Positions 53,544 to 62,516 of a stretch of DNA of 64,000 nt are shown here, in pieces. Within the stretch, counting starts at the first letter, position 1, and each line of letters opens with the position of its first letter. The notes under the pieces are model-generated. The model was given only the letters and a program-made list of their open reading frames with translations. It made no database searches and was not told the origin of the DNA. The translations under genes and the position numbers were made by a program. Source of the stretch: Polyangiales bacterium (GTDB taxonomy: Bacteria > Myxococcota_A > Polyangia > Polyangiales > JADJQN01); assembly GCA_964202905.1 (NCBI GenBank), contig CAXNJO010000004.1:256001-320000 (forward strand), written 5' to 3'.

Positions 53544-54968
53544 TCACTGCACCGGGCTGCGCTGCGCTGAATCGCGCTTCATCCCGGTGCGCTCGAGGCC
53601 GCTCCACGCCTTGTGCGCCTTGCCCGCCGCGGCCGCGTCGCCGAGCGCCTCGTGCACGCCCGGCACCACGAGGAACACGCCTGGGTGCGCCTTCGCGCTC
53701 GCGTCGAGCGCGTCGCGGAGCGCGCGCAGATCGTCGGCCGCGGGCACGACGAGCTTGCCGGTGACGAGGCGGTGCTCGTCGGGCGGTTGGTGCTCGTGCC
53801 GCGTCAGCACCTCGCCGGCGGCGCAGCGGGGGCACACGTGCTCGATGCGCTCCTCCTGCACGACCATGACCACGCCCCCCGGGAGCGACGCGCCGAGGCG
53901 CTCGACCTCGCCCGCAGTCTGCTGCAGGCCGAGGAAACGGAAGCGGCGCTCGCTCCCGGCGCGGAGCTTCTCGAGCAATGGAAAACAGGCGACGCGCTGC
54001 CCGGAGGCGTCGCGGCGGACCGAGACGGGCGCGGCGTCCCAGAGGATGACGTCCCCGTAATCGACGGGCGCCTCGCGAAAAGTCGGCGTTTCGACGACCC
54101 CGTGACAGGGGCTCAGCGGCGCGACGCGGACGACCTCGAAGCCGAGCGCGCGGTCGGGGACCGCCCCTGCGCTGTGGCCGGAGCCGCGCGTCGGCACGCG
54201 CACCTCGACGGGCGGCAGGCCCTCGACCTGCGGGAGCCCACCACGCGAGACGGTCGCCGGGATCCCCAACGCCGTCAGCGCCTCGACCGCCAGAGCCCCC
54301 TCGCCCCGCGCCGTGGCGCAAATCGCGAGGTTGAACAGGATCGGGCGCGCCGTGCGCTCGGGTGAATCGGGCGCGAGGCGGGCACGCGCCTCCCGGGTCG
54401 CCACGAGCGCCTCGGCCCAACGACCGCGCCACTTGTGGCAAACGCCGAGGTCGAACCACCAGCCGGCGCGCGAGGGATCGAGCGCGAGCGCGGCTTCGAA
54501 AGCGGCCACGGCCTCGGCGTCGCGCTCCGGGCCGAGCAGCCGCAACGCACCGCCGAGATTGATCCACAGATAGCCCGCGCAGGCCGGGTCCCGGCGCGAC
54601 TCCGGCGGGAGCGCGTCGAGGCACGCCTGTGCGGCGCGGGCCGCGAGCGCGGCCGGTCCCTCCCGCAGCGGCGGCTCGTCGGGCGCGCGAAGCTCCGCCC
54701 GGGCGAGGAGGGCGGCGACCGCCGCGACCACGACTGCCGGGTCGTGCGCGTACCGCGCGAGGACGGCGGCGACGTCGGCCTCGAGCGCGGCGTGGGAGGG
54801 CGCCCGGCGCAGGGCCTCGAGCCAGAGCGCGGCGAGCGCGCGGTCCGCCGGGAGCACAGGACGCAGCGGGGCGAGGGCCACGAGCGCGGCCTCCGGATCC
54901 CCCGCGGCCAGGGACGACTGCGCGCGACCAATCGCTGCGGCCGCAGCGGCCTCGAGGGGGTCGTTCAT
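53544..54968 (-). CDS. TPR-containing protein
   Basis: LWINLGGAL..AFEAALALDPSRAGWWFDLGVCHK..FNLAI; CPRC in the C-terminal part. Confidence 0.75.
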   Translation of the reverse strand: MNDPLEAAAAAAIGRAQSSLAAGDPEAALVALAPLRPVLPADRALAALWLEALRRAPSHAALEADVAAVLARYAHDPAVVVAAVAALLARAELRAPDEPPLREGPAALAARAAQACLDALPPESRRDPACAGYLWINLGGALRLLGPERDAEAVAAFEAALALDPSRAGWWFDLGVCHKWRGRWAEALVATREARARLAPDSPERTARPILFNLAICATARGEGALAVEALTALGIPATVSRGGLPQVEGLPPVEVRVPTRGSGHSAGAVPDRALGFEVVRVAPLSPCHGVVETPTFREAPVDYGDVILWDAAPVSVRRDASGQRVACFPLLEKLRAGSERRFRFLGLQQTAGEVERLGASLPGGVVMVVQEERIEHVCPRCAAGEVLTRHEHQPPDEHRLVTGKLVVPAADDLRALRDALDASAKAHPGVFLVVPGVHEALGDAAAAGKAHKAWSGLERTGMKRDSAQRSPVQ

Positions 54969-55028
54969 CGGCGCGACCCTAGCAGCACACCCGCGACCTG
55001 GCAGCGCGCGCGAGCGCCGCGCACGACC

Positions 55029-56204
55029 TCAGGGCCCGGTGCGCCGGCCGCGCACGCGGGGACGGACGCCCCCCGGCGCGGCGCGGTACTCGCGCGGGGT
55101 CGCGGCGAGCTTGACGACCGTCTCGCCGCTGAGGACGCCCGGCCCAACGGTCACGCTCACCACGGCGCGGGCGCCGGCGCTCCGCGTCCCGAGCGCAGCC
55201 GTCAGCTCGGCCATGCTGCGGATGGGCTGGCCGTCCATGCCGAGGATGACGTGCCCCGTCCACGGAATCCCGAGTTGTCTCACGTAGATCGGCGCAGGGT
55301 CAGCGGCACCGAGGATCCCGGCTGCCTGCGCAGGGCTGCCCGGGAGCACGCGTTGCACGCGCACGCCGGCGAAGCCCGCCGCCTGAAAGTCCTCACCGAC
55401 GATGCCCAGCCACACCGAATTGCGCAGCGTCGCGACGCCCGATTGCGCGCCCGCCGCCTCCTGCGGAGAGGCGCCTACGTTCCCGGCCCCGCGCGCGCCT
55501 CTCGCCCCGGCGCGCACGTTCGCGAGCAACTCCACGACGTACGAAACGGGCACGGCGAAGCCGATCCCCTGGCTCCCGCCGCTCCGCGAAAGGATCGCCG
55601 TGTTGACGCCGATCACCACGCCTTGCGCGTTGACGAGCGGACCGCCGGAGTTGCCCGGGTTGATGGTCGCGTCCGTCTGGATGAGGCCGCGCACCTGGCC
55701 GCCCATCGCGGGCAGATCGCGCCGCGCGCTGACGATTCCCTGCGTGAGCGTGCCGTCGAGCCCGAAGGGACTGCCGAACGCGAGCACGGTCTGGCCGACC
55801 TGCACGGCGTCCGAATCGCCGAGCTCGAGCGGTCGCGCGGAGACGCTCCCCTCGACCTGGAGCACCGCGAGATCGTGGGCGGGATCGAACGAGAGCACGC
55901 GGGCCTGCGACCGCGTCCCCGACGAAAACCGCACGACGAGGCCGCCGCCCCAGCGCCCGCCCTCGGCCACGTGCGCGTTGGTGAGGACCCAGCGCTCGGG
56001 GCCGACGACGAAACCAGAGCCCGTCGCGGAGCCCGCGGCGATGGAGACGGTCGACTCCTGCAGACGGCGCGCGACCTCGATGCGACGCGTCTCGTTCAAG
56101 TCCTGCGCGTGCGCGCGCGGGACTGCAGCGCCGGACGCGACGACGGCGAACGCGAGCAGGAGCGGGGCCACGAAGAGTTGCCGACTCGGAACGGGATGGT
56201 GCAT
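55029..56204 (-). CDS. HtrA/DegP-family (S1C) serine protease with PDZ domain
   Basis: GSGF, LTNAHV, DLAVL, IQTDATINPGNSGGPL, WLGI..PGSPA. Confidence 0.92.
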   Translation of the reverse strand: MHHPVPSRQLFVAPLLLAFAVVASGAAVPRAHAQDLNETRRIEVARRLQESTVSIAAGSATGSGFVVGPERWVLTNAHVAEGGRWGGGLVVRFSSGTRSQARVLSFDPAHDLAVLQVEGSVSARPLELGDSDAVQVGQTVLAFGSPFGLDGTLTQGIVSARRDLPAMGGQVRGLIQTDATINPGNSGGPLVNAQGVVIGVNTAILSRSGGSQGIGFAVPVSYVVELLANVRAGARGARGAGNVGASPQEAAGAQSGVATLRNSVWLGIVGEDFQAAGFAGVRVQRVLPGSPAQAAGILGAADPAPIYVRQLGIPWTGHVILGMDGQPIRSMAELTAALGTRSAGARAVVSVTVGPGVLSGETVVKLAATPREYRAAPGGVRPRVRGRRTGP

Positions 56205-56370
56205 GGCTGGGCCTTAGAATGGTACCGACGCCCGGCGATTCAACGGCCGGGCGCGGCATTTGTTCCGCGCGAGGTCCATGCGAGTCGCGCGGGTGCGACC
56301 GCATGCTTGCGCAGAGGGAGGCCACGGCCTTAGAACACGCCCTCGTTCGGGTTCGGGGGAGGGGCCGCGG

Positions 56371-57132
56371 ATGCTTCGCAGGGTCAGCAGCGGATTGAGC
56401 GACATTGGTCGTCGGCGGATGGCGAACGAGGACGCGCTGTTCGCGGACGACACACTCGGCCTCTACGCCGTCGCCGACGGCATGGGCGGGCACAACGCGG
56501 GCGAGGTCGCGAGCCAGGAGGCGCTCGACACGCTGCACGGCATGGTCGCGCGCGGCGCCGCCGACATCCGCGCGCTCGAGGGCGACGCGCCCACGCCCGA
56601 GGACCTTCGCAAGGCGCAACGCCTGCTCGAGAGCGCGGTGCAGGCCGCGACGTACATGGTGTTCGGCATCGCGCAGCACGATCCGGAGCAGCACGGCATG
56701 GGCACGACGCTCTCCGCCCTGCTCGTGTCGGGCCGCGTCGCGGTCACCGCGCAGGTGGGCGACAGCCGCATCTACCTCGTCCGGGATGGCCGCGCGTCGC
56801 AGCTCACCGAAGATCACACCCTCGTCGGCTGGCAGGTCAAGCAGGGGATCCTCTCCCCGGAGGACGCCGCGCGCTCCCCACATCGCAACGTGATCACGCG
56901 CGCGATCGGCAGCCGCGAGTACGTGCAGGTCGACGTCCACACGCTCCAGGTCCTCGAGGGCGATGTGTTCGTGCTCTGCTCGGACGGCCTCCACACCTAC
57001 CTCAAGGACCTCCGCGAGCTGCCGCCCATCACCGATCTCGGCGCGACGGTCGCGGCACGACGCCTCATCGACCTCGCGAACGAGCGCGGCGGCAAGGACA
57101 ACGTCACCGCGATCGTGGTGGAGGTCTCGTAG
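56371..57132 (+). CDS. PP2C-family Ser/Thr protein phosphatase
   Basis: GRRRMANED, VADGMGGH, GMGTT, VGDSRIY, LCSDGL, GGKDNVT. Confidence 0.93.
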   Translation: MLRRVSSGLSDIGRRRMANEDALFADDTLGLYAVADGMGGHNAGEVASQEALDTLHGMVARGAADIRALEGDAPTPEDLRKAQRLLESAVQAATYMVFGIAQHDPEQHGMGTTLSALLVSGRVAVTAQVGDSRIYLVRDGRASQLTEDHTLVGWQVKQGILSPEDAARSPHRNVITRAIGSREYVQVDVHTLQVLEGDVFVLCSDGLHTYLKDLRELPPITDLGATVAARRLIDLANERGGKDNVTAIVVEVS

Positions 57133-57236
57133 CGACGCGGAGCCCGCACGCCGACATCGTGGCGGGAGCACGGCGGCTGCGCGGGGTCGCGTGCCTGCTA
57201 GCCTCGCCGGACACTTCGCTTTTCACGGAGGCTCCG

Positions 57237-59066
57237 ATGATCGCTCACCGCCCCGCGCCTTCTGCGGCCCCCGCGTTTCGCCTCGCGCTGACCGGCGCGC
57301 TTCTCGTGTTGCTCACCGCGGCGCCCGGTTGCGGATCGAAGTCGGACGTCTCCGGTCGCGTTCCACGCGCGCCCCGCAGCGACGCCGGACCGCTCGACCT
57401 CGGCGCCGACGCCGACGCCCCCGACCTCGGCCCCGGCTACCTCGATGTCGACTGCGGACGACGCGAGCGCTTCACCTCCCCGCGACGCCCGCTCGCGCTT
57501 ACGGCGGTCGTCGACGCCTCGGCGCCGATCGCGGCGCGCGGCTGGTCCCTCCTCGACGCGCCGCCCGGCAGCAGTCCGCGCGTGACCACGGCGGACGACT
57601 CCGTCGGCGTCGAGCCCGACGTCGAGGGCGATCTGACGCTCCGCTACGAGGTCCGCGACGTCGAGGGGCGCGAGGCGTCGTGCGAGGTCGTCGTCCGCGC
57701 GATCGTCGGACCGCCCGCCGCCATCTGCCCGGACGAGCCCGTCCGCACGGCGCCCGGCGTGCCCGTTGCCATCGTGGGAGATGGCTACGACGACGTGCGC
57801 GTCGTCTCCTACGCATGGGCGGTCGCCACCTCGCCGATGGGCGCAGCCGCGCGCCTCGATCCGCGCGACCGCCCGACCACGATCTTCGTCGCCGATCTCT
57901 CCGGCGACTACGACGTCGAGCTCACCGTCACCGACGCCGACGGCGGCACTGGGAGTTGCCTCGCGCGCGTGCGCGTGGGCGGCGGCCCCGTCGTCGTGTG
58001 CCCCTCCTCGCCCATCACCGCGCCGACGCGCCAGCCGCTCGCGCTCAGCGCGACGGCGACCGACGACGGCGGCGGCGCCGTCACCGGACGCTGGGAACTC
58101 GTGCGCCGGCCGGCCCCGAGCGCCGCAGTGAACGCGCCCACCACGGGTCTCACCACGAACCTCACGCCGGACAAGGTCGGCGCGTATCTGCTGCGATTCA
58201 CGGCGACCGACCTCGACGGGCTCGAGGCGAGTTGCGAGGTCACGGTGGACGCGACGCCGACGCCGCCCGATGCGCTCTGCCCGCCCGTGATCGAGACGAC
58301 ACCGCTCTCGACGGTCGCAATCGCCGGGAGCGGCATCGACGACGGTGCGGTCGTCTCGTACCGCTGGGCGACGCGCGCGCTCCCGGCCGGCTCGTCGTCG
58401 ACACCGCCCTCCCCCGCGGACGCCGCAGCGACGCGCTTCACCCCGGACGTCGCGGGCGACTACACGCTCCAGTTGACCGTCACCGACGACGACGGCGAGA
58501 CCGGCGTGTGCGAGACGATCGTGCGCGCGCTCGTCGCGGAGGGCCTGCGCGTCGAGCTCTATTGGAACCCGCCCGATCGCTCGTGCCACACGAGCCCCGG
58601 CACGGCCGGCTGCGACTCGAGCGACGTCGACTTCCACCTGCTGCACCCGATGGCGACGCGCTGGTTCGACGACAGCCTCGACTGCCACTACAGCAACTGC
58701 TCGGGCGCGGGGCTTGCCTGGTTCGAGGCAGGGCGCGACGACGATCCGCGCCTCGACCTCGATCAGACGGACGGCTTCGGCCCCGAGAACATCAACATCG
58801 ACGTCCCCGCCGCGGCGACGTACCGCGTGGGCGCCCACTTCTTCTCCGACGACGGGATGGGCCCCGCCGAGGTCTACGTGAACATCTATTGCGGCGTCGG
58901 CAGCGCCGCGCCGATCGCCTCGTTCGGCCCGGTGACGCTGCGGAACGACCAGTTCTGGAAGGTGGCGGACGTCGCGGTCGGCGGCGGCGGCTGCCGCGTC
59001 ACCGACCTCGCGACGCCTCGCGGCCCCAGCATCGTCACGCAGGAGCAGGCGCGCGCCGCCCGGTGA
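57237..59066 (+). CDS. Lipoprotein with tandem PKD/Ig-like domains and C-terminal YfaP/DUF2135-like domain
   Basis: Lipobox AAPGC; four W..P.GS..(F)TPD..GxYxLxLTVTDxDG units; GLRVELYW..DVDFHL..GFGPENINID. Confidence 0.75.
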   Translation: MIAHRPAPSAAPAFRLALTGALLVLLTAAPGCGSKSDVSGRVPRAPRSDAGPLDLGADADAPDLGPGYLDVDCGRRERFTSPRRPLALTAVVDASAPIAARGWSLLDAPPGSSPRVTTADDSVGVEPDVEGDLTLRYEVRDVEGREASCEVVVRAIVGPPAAICPDEPVRTAPGVPVAIVGDGYDDVRVVSYAWAVATSPMGAAARLDPRDRPTTIFVADLSGDYDVELTVTDADGGTGSCLARVRVGGGPVVVCPSSPITAPTRQPLALSATATDDGGGAVTGRWELVRRPAPSAAVNAPTTGLTTNLTPDKVGAYLLRFTATDLDGLEASCEVTVDATPTPPDALCPPVIETTPLSTVAIAGSGIDDGAVVSYRWATRALPAGSSSTPPSPADAAATRFTPDVAGDYTLQLTVTDDDGETGVCETIVRALVAEGLRVELYWNPPDRSCHTSPGTAGCDSSDVDFHLLHPMATRWFDDSLDCHYSNCSGAGLAWFEAGRDDDPRLDLDQTDGFGPENINIDVPAAATYRVGAHFFSDDGMGPAEVYVNIYCGVGSAAPIASFGPVTLRNDQFWKVADVAVGGGGCRVTDLATPRGPSIVTQEQARAAR

Positions 59067-59124
59067 GCGCGCTCACGGGGGCGTCACGATCGCACCGATA
59101 ACGTCGGCCACTCCGGAGGTTCCG

Positions 59125-60810
59125 ATGACGCCCAACCGTCGCTCGCTCGCCCTCGTGCTGCTCGCCTCATCCCTCACCGCGGGGGGCTGCTCGCGTGACG
59201 AGCGCACCGTGCCGCCCGGGGGCCGCGACATGGGCACCGATCCCGTCGCCTGCACGAACACCGCCGACGCCGACGGCGACGGGCTCTACGACGAGTTCGA
59301 GACGGGCGACACCGACGGCGACGGCACCCCCGACGCCTTCGACACGGACAGCGACGACGACGGCATCACCGACGCGGAAGAGTCCGGCGGCACGGGCGGC
59401 TGCCGCGCCCGCAACAGCGATGACGACGGTCTCGCGGACTTCCGCGACAATGACTCGGACAACGATGGGCTCGGCGACCGCGAGGAGCGCGAGCGCTACG
59501 GAACCAACCCCTACGATGCCGACGGCGACGGCGACGGGTTCACCGACGCCGCCGAGGTCGCGACCGGCCACGACCCGGCGGACCCGGCGGACGGCGTCCC
59601 CCCCGACGACTACTACGTCGTCCTCCCCTTTGGCGGCGCCGAGGAGATCCGCGACCTACGCTTCGGCACGAACCTCCGCAAGGCCGACGTCTTCTTCATG
59701 ATGGACCGGACCGGCTCGATGACCGGCGAGGTCGACGAACTGCGGCGCAGCCTCGGCGACGTGGTCGCGCGCATGACGGCGAGCGTCGCGGACATCGGCG
59801 TCGGCGTCGGCGGCTTCGCGGGTTTCGGCGGCCCCGCGGGCGGCCCGTGCATGACGTTCTTCGGGATCGAGTCCTGCCCGGACGGTCCATCGGGCGACGT
59901 GCCCTTCAACCTGTACGGTGTGATCACGACGGACGCTGCGCAGATGCAGCGCGACGTCGACATGCTCCGCGCCGATCAGGGCGGCGCGACGTGGGCATCG
60001 AGCACCGAGGCGCTCCATCAAGCAGCGACGGGCGCCGGCGTCGCGCCGTGGCTTGCGCCGCAGAGCTGCCCCTCGGTGCCCGACGAGGTCGGGAGTCGCT
60101 ACGGCTACCCGTGTTTCCGCCCCGGATCGCTGCCGATCATGGTCGTGCTGACGGACACCTCGTCGAAGAACGGACCGCTCACCTCGGGCAGCGGCACCTA
60201 CGATGCGCGCGGCTTCACGATGGGAACGCCCGCGACGTACGACGCGACCCTCGCGGCGCTCCGTGGCATCGGTGCCCGCGTGATCGGCGTGCTGAGCGGC
60301 TCGGAGGTCGACTCGCCCACGCCGCAGCAGCAGTTCGAGGCGTGGGCGCGCGAGACGGGCACGGTCGACGCGGGCGGGCGCCCGATCGTCTTCAACATCT
60401 CGGGCAGCGGGACGGGCCTCGGCACGAGCCTCGTCGACGCGGTCCGCACGCTCGCCGAGGAGACGCCGCAGGACATCTCGACGACCGTGCGCGACGGCGC
60501 CGACTTCCCCGAAGGGATCCCGCCCGTCGACGCCGGGAGCTTCATCAAGGCCATCACGCCCTTCGAGGCCTACGACGGCGCCGCGCTCGTCGGAAGCGAC
60601 GACATCCCTCGCGACGATGCCCAGTTCTACGGCGTCACGCCGGGCGTGCAGGTGGTGTTCAAGGTCCGCTTTCTGAACGACGTCGTGGCCCCGACGCGCA
60701 GCTCGCAGATCTTCCGCGCCACCATCCTGGTGATTGGCAATGGGATCGCGGAGCTCGACGCGCGCGAGGTCGTCATCGTCGTCCCGGCGGGCTCGGCCAT
60801 CCTCATCTGA
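59125..60810 (+). CDS. Lipoprotein with TSP3-like Ca-binding repeats and integrin-beta-like VWA domain
   Basis: Lipobox LTAGGC; DxDxDGxxD repeats; ADVFFMMDRTGSM (MIDAS-like), EALHQAATGAG, MVVLTD. Confidence 0.8.
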   Translation: MTPNRRSLALVLLASSLTAGGCSRDERTVPPGGRDMGTDPVACTNTADADGDGLYDEFETGDTDGDGTPDAFDTDSDDDGITDAEESGGTGGCRARNSDDDGLADFRDNDSDNDGLGDREERERYGTNPYDADGDGDGFTDAAEVATGHDPADPADGVPPDDYYVVLPFGGAEEIRDLRFGTNLRKADVFFMMDRTGSMTGEVDELRRSLGDVVARMTASVADIGVGVGGFAGFGGPAGGPCMTFFGIESCPDGPSGDVPFNLYGVITTDAAQMQRDVDMLRADQGGATWASSTEALHQAATGAGVAPWLAPQSCPSVPDEVGSRYGYPCFRPGSLPIMVVLTDTSSKNGPLTSGSGTYDARGFTMGTPATYDATLAALRGIGARVIGVLSGSEVDSPTPQQQFEAWARETGTVDAGGRPIVFNISGSGTGLGTSLVDAVRTLAEETPQDISTTVRDGADFPEGIPPVDAGSFIKAITPFEAYDGAALVGSDDIPRDDAQFYGVTPGVQVVFKVRFLNDVVAPTRSSQIFRATILVIGNGIAELDAREVVIVVPAGSAILI

Positions 60811-60901
60811 CGCCTGCGCCGCCGGCGTGACGCAGGCCCGACCTCCACGCGCCCCGTCGAGGCGTGGCGTGGGTTGCCGTGCGCCGCGACGAAGCGGGGC
60901 G

Positions 60902-62167
60902 CTAGGACGCGCCCGGTGCCGCGCCCGACGACACGGCGGCGGGGGCATCGTCGCCGAGCGCCACGCCACGGAAGTGCAGGAAGAGGCTCTGCACGATGCT
61001 CAGCGCGGGCACCGCGAGCAGTGCGCCGAGGAAGCCGAACGTGTGCTCCCCGGCGAGGAGCGCGAAGATGACGAGCACGGGGTGGACCTTCGCGGCATCC
61101 CCCATGATCTTCGGGTTCAGGAGGTTCGCCTCGATCTGGTGGATGCCGACGATCCACGCGAGCACGAAGACGGCGACCCCCACGCCCTGCTGCAGCGCGA
61201 TGGCGACAGCCGGCACGGAGCTGAGGAAGGCCCCGAAGATCGGGATGATCGAGAGCACCGTCGCGATGAGCGCGAGCACCGGCCAGTAGGCGAGCCCCGC
61301 GATGTAGAAGCCCACACCCGAGAGCACGCCGTTCACGACGCAGATGAGCAGCTGGCCGCGCACCACGCCGCCGAGTCCGAGGTCGATCCGCGCGCGGAGC
61401 GCGTCGAAATGCCCGCGCCGCTCGGACCGCACGAGCCCACGAAAAAAGCCGACGATCGCGTCGCTCGTGATGAGCAGGTAGGCGGAGATCATCAGCGTCA
61501 TCGACGCGACGAAGATGCCGCGCGCCACGCCTCGTACGAGCGCCTGCGCCGTGGCGAACAGCGCACCGGCGTGCGCCCCGCCCTCGCTCACCGCGCGATC
61601 GAGGAGCGCGCGGAGCTGCGCCATCACATCCCCCGCAACCCCCTCCGCGAGCGCACCAGCGGGACGCACGCGGTAGGCGCCCTCGCCGCTCGGCTCGACG
61701 TCGATGCCGCTCGCCGGGAGAAACACCTCGTACCCGCCTCCGGCGACGGGCACGACGCGGATCGCCGCGCCCCGTTCTTCGCGGTCGGGCGCCTCAGGCG
61801 ACCGCGGCGCCGGCATGTAGGACGCCGTCGCGCTCCGGATCGTCGCCTCGAGACGCGGCAGGAGGTCGAGGCGTGCGCGCTCCGCGAGGCGAGGCGCCTC
61901 GTCGGCGAGTCGGGTCAGCTCGGTCGCGAGCCTCGGCGCGGCAATGGCGATCGTCCCTGCGAGGGCCCCAAGCAGGGCGAGGTAGACGAGCACCACCGCG
62001 ATCCAGCGCGGAACCGGGCGCCCGCGCACGCGTGTCCGCTCGACCCGCGCCACCACCGGCGCGAGGAGGTACGCGAGCAGCACCGCCAACACGAACGGCA
62101 CCAGCACAGCGTGGAAGAGCGCGACGAGAGTGACGAGACAGGCGACGCACACCGCGAGGAACACCAT
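60902..62167 (-). CDS. AI-2E family transporter
   Basis: PFVLAVLLAYLLAPVV, VRGQL, IIPIFGA, QIEANLLNPKIMG..VHP, GFLGALLAVP; start may be upstream (62260). Confidence 0.9.
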   Translation of the reverse strand: MVFLAVCVACLVTLVALFHAVLVPFVLAVLLAYLLAPVVARVERTRVRGRPVPRWIAVVLVYLALLGALAGTIAIAAPRLATELTRLADEAPRLAERARLDLLPRLEATIRSATASYMPAPRSPEAPDREERGAAIRVVPVAGGGYEVFLPASGIDVEPSGEGAYRVRPAGALAEGVAGDVMAQLRALLDRAVSEGGAHAGALFATAQALVRGVARGIFVASMTLMISAYLLITSDAIVGFFRGLVRSERRGHFDALRARIDLGLGGVVRGQLLICVVNGVLSGVGFYIAGLAYWPVLALIATVLSIIPIFGAFLSSVPAVAIALQQGVGVAVFVLAWIVGIHQIEANLLNPKIMGDAAKVHPVLVIFALLAGEHTFGFLGALLAVPALSIVQSLFLHFRGVALGDDAPAAVSSGAAPGAS

Positions 62168-62449
62168 GCGGCGGCGGGGAGAGCCGGGCCCTTCAGCGGG
62201 AGCGGTGTCGGTGTTGCGCGCGGTGCCGTTCAAGAGTTCGCCCTCGGGAAGCCGTCGCATCGCGCGGCGGCGCGTCGCCGGTCGCAGCGTGGCATGCGCC
62301 GCGGTGCGGCGCCGAGTATGCGGCGCGACGGACCGCACGCCATGCCGCGGGCGCATCCAGCTCCGCGGTCGTCACACCACGCCATGCGGTGGGGACATCC
62401 GAGCGCACGCGCCGTACGGCGCGCCACGCGGAACGCGCGTCCAAACGCG

Positions 62450-62481
62450 AAAAAGGCCGACCCCCTCGCGGGGATCGGCCT
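62450..62481 (-). terminator. Rho-independent terminator of rpsA
   Basis: Minus strand AGGCCGATCCCC-GCGA-GGGGGTCGGCCT followed by a T-tract; GNRA loop. Confidence 0.85.
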
Positions 62482-62516
62482 CTCTCATGGGTCCCGGCGC
62501 GGGGCCGGGGTGCGGC

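Noticed and set aside
62336..62387. CACGCCATGC direct repeat (42-bp spacing) upstream of the AI-2E gene
   Set aside because: Only two 10-mers in GC-rich DNA; not distinguishable from chance.
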